A stretch of DNA of 64,000 nucleotides from Candidatus Saccharimonadota bacterium (GTDB lineage Bacteria; Patescibacteriota; Saccharimonadia; Saccharimonadales; UBA10212). The notes beneath the pieces were generated by a model. That model was not told the origin of the DNA and ran no database searches. It was given only the letters and a program-made list of their open reading frames with translations. Where the stretch lies: assembly GCA_013815775.1 (NCBI GenBank), contig JACDFN010000003.1, positions 14,354 through 78,353 on the forward strand, in the 5' to 3' direction. Both the position numbers and the translations under genes were made by a program. How positions within the stretch are numbered: position 1 is the first letter of the stretch; each line of letters opens with the position of its first letter. Positions 18,334-26,793 of this stretch are shown here, piece by piece.

Positions 18334-19176
18334 ATGACTATGCGAAATACCTTTGGTGGGTATACCCTTATAGAGGTAATGATTTTTTTAGGCGTCAGCG
18401 TGGTAATGCTATTTGCTGCTTATGTAGCAGTAGGGGGCCAGCAAGCCCATACAGAATTTACTACCAGTATGAACGATGTGAATACTAAACTACAGAAGTG
18501 GGCGGACGATGTTGCTAATGGATTTACCAGTGGTGGTGGCCAATATAGCTGCAACGTAGATCCCTTAAGTGATTATCCAGTACTGAGTGCCTCGTCCCCA
18601 GTTGAAAGGGGTGCTAACCCCAAGTGTATATTTTTGGGTAAAGCTATTCAATTTAATACTCAGACAGATTATAGTAACCAAATTTTTGCGTATCCTATGC
18701 TTGGAAAGCGGACATATACGCCTACTACAGGTGCACTGGTTAACGAGGAGACAGTTGTAGATAGCTTAGAGAATGCTAAGCCGATACCGGCTATTTTTGG
18801 CTCAATTGACCTTACAGAGGCTTATAAAATTCCTAGCGGTACCAGGATAATATCTGTTCAAAACAATACTGCCCCCACCAACAGTGCCGTAGCGGGCTTC
18901 TTCAGCAGTTTTAATACAGAAGACAGCTCTAGAACCAACGGCGCGACAACCTTACAGGCAGTTCAATTCCAGATAGACGCCACCGTTGCACCTAAATCAC
19001 CGGCGCTGATAGATTGCCTAAAACTAATAAGCCCTTGCACTACCACACCAGCAGCTATGTCAGAGTGGAAGGTTTGTTTTGGCAGCACTCGAAATGGCGA
19101 TACAGCAATAGTAAGAATAACTAGCACTGAGGGTAGGGGAGTTGCTACTCGCCTAACTTTTGAGCCCTGTGTCTAG
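18334..19176 (+). CDS. Minor (pseudo)pilin
   Basis: Prepilin motif FGG/YTLIEVMIFLGVSVVML with Glu at +5. Confidence 0.7.
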   Translation: MTMRNTFGGYTLIEVMIFLGVSVVMLFAAYVAVGGQQAHTEFTTSMNDVNTKLQKWADDVANGFTSGGGQYSCNVDPLSDYPVLSASSPVERGANPKCIFLGKAIQFNTQTDYSNQIFAYPMLGKRTYTPTTGALVNEETVVDSLENAKPIPAIFGSIDLTEAYKIPSGTRIISVQNNTAPTNSAVAGFFSSFNTEDSSRTNGATTLQAVQFQIDATVAPKSPALIDCLKLISPCTTTPAAMSEWKVCFGSTRNGDTAIVRITSTEGRGVATRLTFEPCV

Positions 19177-19723
19177 TAGGGTAAATATGAGAATGCGAAG
19201 AATAAAGACATCAAACCGGAACCGAAACAGAGGTGACACACTCGTAGAAGTCTTGCTTTCCATAGCTATCGTTGGACTGGCTATTGCCAGTAGCTACGCA
19301 CTTGCCACCAGAGCACTGCGTCAAGCAATTACAGCCAGCGAGCGAACAGAAGCTCTTAAAATCGCCGAAGGACAGGTAGAATCTCTGAAATTTAGGCAAT
19401 TGAATTCATCGCCCACTAACTGGGCTGCTAATTTTGTTGAAGCTACAAACTTCTGCTTAGACACCTCGGCTATAACTCAGAACCAGTCAACTTGGGCGCC
19501 TGTCCAGAATCCTGGCTCCGACCCAACAACTTTAACGGCCGCCAACTACGACCTCGATACGTGTGCTATCAACCGAACAGGCTATGAGAAGTATTTTATT
19601 AATATCAGTATTGCCCCTGGCCTGAATGCTCAGGCGAAGAAATATCCAACATACCTAGTTAAAGTAACTTGGGACGGTATCAACGGTTCACAGAATCAAT
19701 CACAACTTTACTTTAGGTTTTAA
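19160..19723 (+). CDS. Minor (pseudo)pilin; the real start is probably the ATG at 19187
   Basis: Prepilin motif NRG/DTLVEVLLSIAIVGLAI with Glu at +5. Confidence 0.7.
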   Translation: MSPVSSRVNMRMRRIKTSNRNRNRGDTLVEVLLSIAIVGLAIASSYALATRALRQAITASERTEALKIAEGQVESLKFRQLNSSPTNWAANFVEATNFCLDTSAITQNQSTWAPVQNPGSDPTTLTAANYDLDTCAINRTGYEKYFINISIAPGLNAQAKKYPTYLVKVTWDGINGSQNQSQLYFRF

Positions 19724-19726
19724 GCT

Positions 19727-20422
19727 ATGAAGACACTAGACAAACAATCGGGTGGTGTAAACTTGAATAACTCTGAAAAGTCAGCTGGATTTACCATAAT
19801 CGAACTGCTTCTAGCCACGATTATTTTTTCTGTCGTACTGGTAGTAATTTTGGCTGCTTTTCTACAAATTGGCCGGCTTTTATACAAGGGTATTAGTTAT
19901 GCCAGCACCAGCCAAGCAGCCCGCTCAATAACAGAAAATATTGCCGACGACATACGCTTCGCTCAGCAGGTTTCTTGTATAGATCAAAATGGAGTACTGC
20001 CAGCCTGTCAAGTCAGTAGCAATACTTATTATTTCTGCATTGGACTGCACCGTTACAGCTTTACTCTAAGGGAAAAAGTTACCGATTTTGGTAACCCAAG
20101 CTCCTTAAAGGGAGTGAAAAGGACTACTATTATCGGCGGCTGTCCTTCACCAGCCGTAGCGGCTGGCAGTGACCCACAGCAACTTTTGGGGCCGGATATG
20201 CAACTGAACAAATTCGATATAGAATGTGCTTACGAGCGCTGTAACATAGAGCTACACATTATTTATTACGGTTTTGATACGGAAGTATTTGCCTCAACCG
20301 CAAACCCCGATAACCCAGCGGCGGCCATAAATGACCCCGAACCTTACTGTACAGGCGGGTTAATAAGTTCTCAGTTCTGTGCCACAGCTACCATAAAGAC
20401 AACCGTAAACTTTAGGGAATAG
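19727..20422 (+). CDS. Minor (pseudo)pilin
   Basis: Prepilin motif KSAG/FTIIELLLATIIFSVVL with Glu at +5. Confidence 0.7.
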   Translation: MKTLDKQSGGVNLNNSEKSAGFTIIELLLATIIFSVVLVVILAAFLQIGRLLYKGISYASTSQAARSITENIADDIRFAQQVSCIDQNGVLPACQVSSNTYYFCIGLHRYSFTLREKVTDFGNPSSLKGVKRTTIIGGCPSPAVAAGSDPQQLLGPDMQLNKFDIECAYERCNIELHIIYYGFDTEVFASTANPDNPAAAINDPEPYCTGGLISSQFCATATIKTTVNFRE

Positions 20423-20431
20423 GTAAAGCAT

Positions 20432-21631
20432 ATGAACATAAGACTAACAAATCGGGGAGAAGACGGATTGGCTTCCATAATTATCGTTATGACGATAATT
20501 ATCGTACTTGCCCTTATGACTTTGGGTTTCACTAAGTTGACAGACCGAGAGCTTAGGCAAGCCTTGGACAGAGAACTAGCTTCCCAGGCCTATTATGCAG
20601 CTGAATCTGGCTTAAATGACGCAAGGCTGTTCATTGATGACGCAGTAAAGAACGGGAGTCCTATTCCTTCGAGTTCTGACTGTATAGATACTTCAATATC
20701 GCCGTTCTTCGTACCGAGTATATCGGGTAGTTATAACCAGCCAAATGACCCCAATCCTAGTGACAACACGGTCAAGTACACTTGTATAATTTTGAAGACT
20801 AACCCCTACGATCTTATCTATGACTTAAAAGCAGGTGAGTCTAAAGTGTTTAAGATGTATGTAAACCCCGATGAATCGATGAATCGTATTCACTTTAGTT
20901 GGGAAAATAAGAACTATCCCGCTGATGCTTCTGGGAATATAAATCCTGGACCTTTGGTAGTGGGCAATCCACCGGTTGGCCCATTACCTCAGGAAGGTGT
21001 AGCGGGTCAAATGGACGAAAACTCAACCGGGGTTCTCCGTGCCACAATCTACCCTATACCTGAACCTTTTCCTAGCGGTCCCAACACGAATTCCACACTG
21101 GCCAATCTTTCTCGTACGTTCTTTATGTATCCTAAGTTCGAGAATACTCAAGATCAAATTGGGTCGGCTTTATATAGCACTAACGGCCAGTTGGTTGACG
21201 GACGCTGTAATATTAATAGCCGAGTAGGCACACTGCCTTTTACTCAGGGTATTGGAAGATACTGCAATAGTATGATAGATAACGTAGCCGGAAACTCAGC
21301 AGCGGCTACCAAGCTTTATTATATTCGCTTGACGGCACTCTATAAAGACTTGGGCGTAACTATACAAGCCAAGCATGGAACCATTCCTGTGCAACTTCAA
21401 GGCGCTGAAGCCGTCGTTGATGTAACCGGTGAGGGTAACGATGTTTTAAAGCGTATTCACTCCAGGGTTCCACTGCAACCCTACTATAACTTGACAAACG
21501 AAGGTCTACGATCACTGGAGACACTATGTAAGCGCTTCCGTTTACCTAAAATTGGTCCGGGAACTTTCGATTACGGGCCTGCAGAACGTGATGAAAGTGT
21601 TCTATCGGACCCTGCTTGCTTACCTAACTAG
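20432..21631 (+). CDS. PilX-like large minor pilin / pilus tip component
   Basis: Hydrophobic N-terminal helix EDG/LASIIIVMTIIIVLALMTLGF without Glu5. Last gene of the pilin block. Length 399 aa. Confidence 0.55.
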   Translation: MNIRLTNRGEDGLASIIIVMTIIIVLALMTLGFTKLTDRELRQALDRELASQAYYAAESGLNDARLFIDDAVKNGSPIPSSSDCIDTSISPFFVPSISGSYNQPNDPNPSDNTVKYTCIILKTNPYDLIYDLKAGESKVFKMYVNPDESMNRIHFSWENKNYPADASGNINPGPLVVGNPPVGPLPQEGVAGQMDENSTGVLRATIYPIPEPFPSGPNTNSTLANLSRTFFMYPKFENTQDQIGSALYSTNGQLVDGRCNINSRVGTLPFTQGIGRYCNSMIDNVAGNSAAATKLYYIRLTALYKDLGVTIQAKHGTIPVQLQGAEAVVDVTGEGNDVLKRIHSRVPLQPYYNLTNEGLRSLETLCKRFRLPKIGPGTFDYGPAERDESVLSDPACLPN

Positions 21632-21663
21632 ACGCGCTTAACCTAAAAAACAACTTGGGTTTA

Positions 21664-22587
21664 TTAATTTTTTGACTCTTTAGATCTGTGAAATTTCTCA
21701 TGCACCGCTTTAAGATGAGGGTCGGTGACGTGAGTGTAAATCTGGGTAGTTGCGATGTTGCTGTGCCCTAACATAGCCTGAACGCTACGAAGGTCTGCCC
21801 CGTTCATAAGAAGGTCGGTCGCAAAAGAGTGCCTAAGGGTATGGGGGCTAACGTGTTTGGTTATACCCGCAAGATTTGCATACCTTGCTACCATTCGTTG
21901 AACACTCCGAGCAGTAAGTCGGCTATAATTGCCAGATAAGTCTACTTTTTTACTTCCGCTGTACCTGATAAACAGTGGTTTGGAATTATCCTGCCTTTTG
22001 TCTAAATATTGTTTAATCCAGTCGGCAGCTTCTGGGCTAATAAAAATGGGGCGATCTTTTTGGCCTTTACCTCTTACCATGAACTCTCGTCTTGATAGAT
22101 TTATGTGCTCACGGTCTAAGCCTACTAATTCACTGACCCTAAGACCGCTCGAAAACAACAGTTCCACTATAGCTCGGTCACGTGCTCCTACCATGCTTGA
22201 GAGGTTTGGTTGAGCTGCTAGCCTAGCAAGCTCTTCTGGGTTTAAAAAAGTTACTTGTGGGCGTGAAGTTCGAGCCAACTCTATTTTATCTGCCGAAAGG
22301 GCAGGCAATCCTCTCTTGGCACAAAATCTCAAAAAACTACGCAAGGCTATTAAATGGTAGTTCTGGGTCATTTTGGAAAGTTCATCACTGGTATTTGTCC
22401 CCAGACGATTCAACCACAGTCTCCATTTTCGAATCATTTCAACGTCAATATCGGCTAATTTAATTTCCCCAGCAAAGTCACTTAGCCGCGTCAGGTAGTG
22501 CTTATAATTTTGGATAGTTTTAAGTGATCTGTTCTGTTCTAATTCTAGGTACTCCAAGAAATTTCCTATGGCTTGCTCGTAAGTCAT
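21664..22587 (-). CDS. XerC/XerD-type tyrosine recombinase
   Basis: N-terminal SAM-like domain. Catalytic region ARDRAIVELLFSSGLRVSEL...HTLRHSFATDLL...LGHSNIATTQIYTHV. Confidence 0.85.
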   Translation of the reverse strand: MTYEQAIGNFLEYLELEQNRSLKTIQNYKHYLTRLSDFAGEIKLADIDVEMIRKWRLWLNRLGTNTSDELSKMTQNYHLIALRSFLRFCAKRGLPALSADKIELARTSRPQVTFLNPEELARLAAQPNLSSMVGARDRAIVELLFSSGLRVSELVGLDREHINLSRREFMVRGKGQKDRPIFISPEAADWIKQYLDKRQDNSKPLFIRYSGSKKVDLSGNYSRLTARSVQRMVARYANLAGITKHVSPHTLRHSFATDLLMNGADLRSVQAMLGHSNIATTQIYTHVTDPHLKAVHEKFHRSKESKN

Positions 22588-22749
22588 AAGCCCATTCTAA
22601 CAGGGTAGTAGCCGTAGTGTACAGGTTGGTGCTTGACTACATTAATTCTTTATCCCTCCTAGTGTAATTTCAATCACCGGGTTCTGTTTGAGTAAAAAAG
22701 ATGTTCAGTTTGTTTTGGGGCTCTTATCTGTTACAATATTTATTAACTG

Positions 22750-23256
22750 ATGGAACGAACTCTAGTTTTAGTAAAACCTGATGCTATAAAAAGAGGCATT
22801 ATTGGAGAGGTTATAACTCGATTTGAAAGAGCAGGGCTTAAAATCATAAGCGCTAAAATGCTTATGCCAGACGAAGACCACTACCATCATCACTATGAAA
22901 CAATTGGGAAGGTAGCCACGCGGCGCGGTGACGAAGTTTATCGTAAAAATACCGAATTTATGATGAGTGGACCTGTTTTGGCTTTAGTCCTTGAAGGGAT
23001 AGAGGCAGTTAGTCTAGTCAGAAAAATGGTAGGTTCTACCGAACCTAAAGCCGCCCTACCGGGTACTATAAGAGGTGACTTTGCGCATATGACTATTGCG
23101 CACGCGAATTCAACCGGTAAAGGTTTGCCTAATATTGTCCACGCCTCTGCCGATGAAAAGGAAGCAAAATTAGAAATTAAACATTGGTTTAAGCCTGAAG
23201 AGCTTTACGGATATAAAAGCGCCCACGAGCATTTGACTATTGCTACTGATAAATAG
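22750..23256 (+). CDS. ndk: Nucleoside diphosphate kinase
   Basis: ERTLVLVKPDAIKRGIIGEVITRFERAGLKI, TIRGDF, and NIVHASAD (active-site His). Confidence 0.85.
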   Translation: MERTLVLVKPDAIKRGIIGEVITRFERAGLKIISAKMLMPDEDHYHHHYETIGKVATRRGDEVYRKNTEFMMSGPVLALVLEGIEAVSLVRKMVGSTEPKAALPGTIRGDFAHMTIAHANSTGKGLPNIVHASADEKEAKLEIKHWFKPEELYGYKSAHEHLTIATDK

Positions 23257-23320
23257 TTGTCTAAAACTCTTATTTCTTACCGAGCTGTTAATTAGAGTTC
23301 AATACTTTAGCATAGCTGGC

Positions 23321-23396
23321 TGGTGACCCGGGCAGGATTCGAACCTGCGACGCCCGCCTTAGGACGGCGGCGCTCTATCCACTGAGCTACCGGGCC
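23321..23396 (-). tRNA. tRNA-Arg (anticodon CCT)
   Basis: The reverse complement GGCCCGGTAGCTCAGTGGATAGAGCGCCGCCGTCCTAAGGCGGGCGTCGCAGGTTCGAATCCTGCCCGGGTCACCA folds as a cloverleaf. CCA is encoded. Confidence 0.9.
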
Positions 23397-23533
23397 AATG
23401 CTGAGCAAGCCAATAGCTTGCGTATTCAGATTGTAGTAGTTCCAATCTGAATACTCCAGCTTTCATCAGGTTTTTTTCTAAAAGCAGGTAGTAGTAAGCT
23501 TGGTTTGATGATTTTTTCAGATAAAATAAAGCC

Positions 23534-24145
23534 ATGAGCAAAAAACAGCGGGACGACAGAGCAGATGAAAATAAAACCGCAGGACCCCGCAATCCTAAAT
23601 ATTTTAAAGAACAATTCGACGACGAGGAGGTGCTACTTGTTTTCAGGAAGCATCCTGTTGTTATGAGAAAAGGCTTAATCATATCTATGATTGCCTGGCT
23701 GATTGGCCCAGTTTACACTCTTATTCTTACCTACGTGAACCCCAATAATCCCCCTACCATTGCTTTCTTTTTTTGGAGCTTTTTAGTTAGTATTGCGATT
23801 GGAATAGTCCTGTTGTTTCCGTCCTGGGTTAGGTGGTATTTCAGTACTTACGTTATGACTGATAAGCGTTTTATCCAGCAAACTCGCAGTCTTATGCAGG
23901 TAAATGTAGTAGATATTGGTCTTGAACAAATTCAGATGATTAACTATCAGATTACAGGTATCCAGGAAACCCTACTTAACTTTGGTACAATAGTTGTACA
24001 GACCTATGTAGGAGATTTAATTATTCGTGATGTGCACCACCCAGCAAGAGTGCAGAAAAAGATGGTGCATATTTTGCGAGATTTAGGGATTCATCCAACG
24101 GTCCGGCCACTTGGAGGAGACGACCAAAGAGTTATTGAGGCATGA
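23534..24145 (+). CDS. Membrane bPH-domain protein (YdbS/YdbT-like)
   Basis: EEVLLVFRKHPVVMRKG, two TM helices, then YVMTDKRFIQQ...FGTIVVQT. Confidence 0.5.
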   Translation: MSKKQRDDRADENKTAGPRNPKYFKEQFDDEEVLLVFRKHPVVMRKGLIISMIAWLIGPVYTLILTYVNPNNPPTIAFFFWSFLVSIAIGIVLLFPSWVRWYFSTYVMTDKRFIQQTRSLMQVNVVDIGLEQIQMINYQITGIQETLLNFGTIVVQTYVGDLIIRDVHHPARVQKKMVHILRDLGIHPTVRPLGGDDQRVIEA

Positions 24146-25260
24146 TAAGAAAATTACCAAAAAAACTACGGAAAAGAAAAAAAGTTCGGGATCTTGTGCC
24201 CCAGGCAACCGCTGTTGCCCAACGGGCCGCTAATATGAATCCGCTCTCCGATAGGAACGACGATTCTCCAATTGTCGAGGATGTGCCTCGGATAACTAAC
24301 GAAACTATCTCAATACATCGCGAAGAGGTTTTAAAGGGTGCTCGGAAGTATATATACCCCCTTCAACACTCCAAGCATCGTATAGTCCTTATAACGAGCG
24401 TTATTGCAGTAACTGCAGTAGTTGCCTTCATGGTTTATTGTAGCGTCGCACTCTACAGACTTTATCAGCACAATACCTTCCTTTACCGAGTTACCCAAGT
24501 GGTGCCATTTCCTATAGCAAGGGTAGGGGACAGTTTTATTGAGTACGAAAATTATTTATTCGAGCTGCGTCGAAACATCCACTACTATCAGAATCAGCAG
24601 CCCAATAACTCCGAGGACGAGGACATGCAGCGGCTTGACCAATCTAGGAAACAAGCCCTGCAGGATGTTATAAACCAAGCCTATATCAAGAAGCTGGCAA
24701 AAGAAAACAAAATAGGTGTAGGTAATAAGGAGGTTGAGGCCCGGATTAGTGTTGTACGGGACCAAAATCGCTTGGGGAATAACAACAAAGTCTTATCAGA
24801 TGTACTTCGCAATTACTGGGGCTGGTCAATATCGGATTTTAAGCGTAGCCTTAAGACTCAGATTCTGGCTGAAAAAGTTGTAGCTAAACTAGATACCGCT
24901 ACTAAACTAAGAGCTGATGCCATACTCGCTCAAGCCAAAAGTGGGGCTGATTTTTCAACTTTAGCTAGGCAGTTTTCGGATGATGAGGCTGCTAAGGCTA
25001 GTGGCGGTGATTTTGGCGCACCTATTACTAGATCTAATCCAAACATTCCTCCACAAGTAACCGAGGCTCTCTTTAAACTTAAACCTGGTGAGGTGTCGGG
25101 TATTATCAGTACCGGCCGTACTTTAGAAGTCCTCAAGGTACAACAAAACGATGGAGCTAGTGTTACCGCCCAGCATATCTCCATCAACTTAAAGGACATA
25201 TCGGAATTTATAGACCCCTTGAAGAAAAAGCAACAACCTAAAAACTATGTAAAATTTTAA
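24142..25260 (+). CDS. Membrane-anchored parvulin-type peptidyl-prolyl isomerase (PrsA/SurA-like)
   Basis: One TM helix. C-terminal PpiC motif FSTLARQFSDDEAAKASGGDFG...GEVSGII. Confidence 0.65.
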   Translation: MIRKLPKKLRKRKKVRDLVPQATAVAQRAANMNPLSDRNDDSPIVEDVPRITNETISIHREEVLKGARKYIYPLQHSKHRIVLITSVIAVTAVVAFMVYCSVALYRLYQHNTFLYRVTQVVPFPIARVGDSFIEYENYLFELRRNIHYYQNQQPNNSEDEDMQRLDQSRKQALQDVINQAYIKKLAKENKIGVGNKEVEARISVVRDQNRLGNNNKVLSDVLRNYWGWSISDFKRSLKTQILAEKVVAKLDTATKLRADAILAQAKSGADFSTLARQFSDDEAAKASGGDFGAPITRSNPNIPPQVTEALFKLKPGEVSGIISTGRTLEVLKVQQNDGASVTAQHISINLKDISEFIDPLKKKQQPKNYVKF

Positions 25261-25271
25261 GCACCTTTACG

Positions 25272-25313
25272 TTGCCTTTTAGGTGTTAAATTGCTAAAAT
25301 AACCTCTGTTCTT
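25272..25313 (+). promoter_or_regulatory. Promoter for tRNA-Asp with a conserved downstream 12-mer
   Basis: TTGCCT, a 17-nt spacer, then TGcTAAAAT, followed by ACCTCTGTTCTT. The same 12-mer follows the tRNA-Ile promoter at 56148-56159. Confidence 0.4.
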
Positions 25314-25398
25314 ATGGTCTTTTCCAAAAACGTGAGACAAGTAATTATCTTGCTTGCGTTCTTGAGAGGAGTAGCAAGCATGCAGCTTGCACCGACGA

Positions 25399-25474
25399 GG
25401 GCTCGTAGTGTAGCGGTTAACACGCCTCCCTGTCACGGAGGAGATCGCCGGTTCAAATCCGGTCGGGCCCGCCA
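25399..25474 (+). tRNA. tRNA-Asp (anticodon GTC)
   Basis: GGGCTCGTAGTGTAGCGGTTAACACGCCTCCCTGTCACGGAGGAGATCGCCGGTTCAAATCCGGTCGGGCCCGCCA. Confidence 0.9.
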
Positions 25475-25554
25475 GAACTAGTATTTCTGAAGTTTTTTTA
25501 CTTAAGTTCTTTATCTTAATCTGTAAGATAAGCCGCAGACCTATAGATGCTGAG

Positions 25555-25959
25555 GTGCTAGTGTTTTATTTAATGAATATGCCAATCGAGGAGCGCCGTC
25601 AGATAGAAAACGAAATGATATTTAGGCGTGCAAACGAAAAGGTAGGCGACGACCTTGGCGCAATAGACGCGATGCACGTTGAGGATAACAACCTTCACCT
25701 GATTAGAGATGATGATTTGGTGTTACATTTTAAATGTGAGTGTTCTGACGAAAACTGTAGCTCTAGAATCCCCATCAAACTAAGTGAATATCAAACGATA
25801 CACAGCAATAGAGACACTTTTATTGTCTTGCCGAATCACCAATTTGACTCGATCGAGAAAGTTTTACAAACAAAACGCGAGTTTAGCGTAGTCAAAAAGA
25901 ACAAAAGTACATCCGAGCCAGGGAATAAATTAAATACTACCACCGTTACTAATATTTAG
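25555..25959 (+). CDS. Hypothetical protein
   Basis: ORF only. It contains a Cys cluster CECSDENCS. No family recognised. Confidence 0.35.
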   Translation: MLVFYLMNMPIEERRQIENEMIFRRANEKVGDDLGAIDAMHVEDNNLHLIRDDDLVLHFKCECSDENCSSRIPIKLSEYQTIHSNRDTFIVLPNHQFDSIEKVLQTKREFSVVKKNKSTSEPGNKLNTTTVTNI

Positions 25960-26118
25960 TTTTGCCCATTGGGCTTACAATTCGGAAATGTATCTAGCAA
26001 ACTCTTGAGATTAATTTGAACTGCTATAAAGCTACCTTGGTTGGGGTTGGCTAAAGCATGGCGCCAAATTACGTAAAATCTGGATGATTCTACGATGACC
26101 CCGTAATATAAAAGGATT

Positions 26119-26195
26119 GCCGATATAGCTCAGTTGGCTAGAGCAGCACTTTCGTAAAGTGAAGGTCGGCGGTTCGAATCCGCCTATCGGCTCCA
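26119..26195 (+). tRNA. tRNA-Thr (anticodon CGT)
   Basis: GCCGATATAGCTCAGTTGGCTAGAGCAGCACTTTCGTAAAGTGAAGGTCGGCGGTTCGAATCCGCCTATCGGCTCCA. Confidence 0.9.
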
Positions 26196-26349
26196 CGTCG
26201 GAGCAAGCTGTTAGCTGCTCCTTCTCTCAATTTTGTAAGCATATTCATTGGCTCACAAAATTGTACGAAGGGAAAGAGTAGTAATTTTGCTCGTTTGGTT
26301 CAGCGTTGCCAAGGAGTGATGAGGAAACCCGATAGGTTTGTCTCATTCT

Positions 26350-26423
26350 GCGAGATTAGTATAATGATAGTACGCTTGCTTCCCAAGCAAGAGGCACGAG
26401 TTTGATTCTCGTATCTCGCACCA
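26350..26423 (+). tRNA. tRNA-Gly (anticodon CCC)
   Basis: GCGAGATTAGTATAATGATAGTACGCTTGCTTCCCAAGCAAGAGGCACGAGTTTGATTCTCGTATCTCGCACCA. Confidence 0.9.
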
Positions 26424-26429
26424 ATAAAT

Positions 26430-26786
26430 ATGGAATTTCCAAAAAAATTTTTACACGACCGCGTAGTACTGGTACTAATCACCCTAGTATCGGCATTAGT
26501 TGTTGTGGGGGTGAGTTTAGTATTACTGACCTTCGATGTCTCTAAAAACCCGACAACTATTGTTGCCTATCGACAAAATGTAACCGGATCTAGCTACCAG
26601 AGCGGTAAGCCGATAGATATTTATAGCATGGCCGTTTTTATGCTCCTAACAGCTGCGGGGACGTTACTTTTAAGCGCTCGTTTGTATGTAGTGCGTCGCT
26701 CTACAGCGGTGTTTATTTTAGGCGCGGGGGTATTCCTGTTGGCGCTTTCTATCATTGTGGCCCGAGCCTTAATCTCACTGCAGTAG
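26430..26786 (+). CDS. Small polytopic membrane protein
   Basis: 118 aa with three predicted TM helices. It sits immediately upstream of the GT2 gene with an 8-nt gap. Confidence 0.45.
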   Translation: MEFPKKFLHDRVVLVLITLVSALVVVGVSLVLLTFDVSKNPTTIVAYRQNVTGSSYQSGKPIDIYSMAVFMLLTAAGTLLLSARLYVVRRSTAVFILGAGVFLLALSIIVARALISLQ

Positions 26787-26793
26787 ATTTTAT

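Noticed and set aside
21664-23396. Integrase plus tRNA-Arg as a genomic-island boundary
   Set aside because: The recombinase has full XerC/D-type housekeeping architecture. It is separated from the tRNA by ndk, and I saw no direct repeat of the tRNA 3' end nearby.
23359-23682. ORFs overlapping tRNA genes: 23359-23682(-), 26300-26482(-), 35548-35739(+) and the 56235 start of the spacer ORF
   Set aside because: They read through tRNA-Arg, tRNA-Gly, tRNA-Pro and tRNA-Ile respectively, so they are not credible coding sequence.
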